Positions 63,685 to 64,000 of a DNA stretch of 64,000 nucleotides are shown in pieces. Position numbers and translations under genes: made by a program. Every line of letters starts with the position of its first letter. Within the stretch, counting starts at the first letter, position 1. The notes under the pieces were generated by a model. It saw only the letters and a list, made by a program, of their open reading frames with translations, was not told the DNA's origin and did no database searches. The stretch lies in the NCBI RefSeq assembly GCF_009914755.1, contig NC_060947.1. One strand, written 5' to 3'. This stretch comes from the human T2T-CHM13v2.0 reference genome, Homo sapiens.

Positions 63685-63835
63685 GATATGGATTCTCCTA
63701 AAAGTCAACTTTGATTCTAGGCATGGGTGTAAGTAATTTATCTGAAAAGTTATCTAAGAAAGCACAAGTAGGGAACACTAAGGTGGGGAAGAGAGAATGG
63801 CAATCAAAGGCATATTAATGAGTGGCTTACTCATA
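63685..63835. mobile_element. ERVL LTR fragment (LTR33-like)
   Basis: Resembles 10570-10720 (GGGTGTAAGTAATTTATCTG..GGCAATCAAAGGCATATTAATGAG). Confidence 0.4.
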
Positions 63836-63854
63836 CAAGTTTTGTCAGCCTTTT

Positions 63855-64000
63855 TGGGATTGGGATCAAAGCATCAGCAGTTTTTAAAGTTCCCCAGGTT
63901 ATTCTAATATGCAGCCAAGTTAGAGCCAGCGTTCAAAAACTTAATATTTAAAGTGTGTTCCTTAGAGCAGCAGCAACAACACCAGCAGCATCTTGGAAGT
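63855..64000. mobile_element. MER5-family (hAT-Charlie) fragments
   Basis: TTTTTAAAGTTCCCCAGGTTATTCTAATATGCAGCCAAG and AAAGTGTGTTCC..CCAGCAGCATC. Confidence 0.7.

Overview
AT-rich primate (human-like) genomic DNA dominated by interspersed repeats: a full-length, TSD-flanked but dead L1PA (3857-10406, minus), several older L1MA/L1M/L1MC/L1ME pieces, 12 Alu copies or fragments, a complete two-LTR THE1 (MaLR) element, solo LTRs (MST, MLT1, LTR8A, MER4A, ERVL-like), L2, MIR, MER30/MER5 DNA transposons and microsatellites. I found no recognisable multi-exon gene or RNA gene; the listed ORFs are decayed L1 frames, Alu/LTR frames or chance ORFs. The long L1s and most LTRs lie on the minus strand, which fits a large intron of a plus-strand gene (inference). 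The most interesting non-repeat signals are a well-formed 9-nt microexon candidate (21759-21767), a weaker 8-nt candidate (17972-17979) and a 101-nt exon candidate bracketed by inverted Alus. Several repair scars are also visible: an inverted copy of the neighbouring THE1 LTR inserted inside an ~87-bp duplication, an in-place inversion within an old L1, and a ~179-bp tandem duplication. Repeat subfamily names come from remembered consensus sequences and need RepeatMasker/Dfam confirmation. I see no support for a wholly new biological system.
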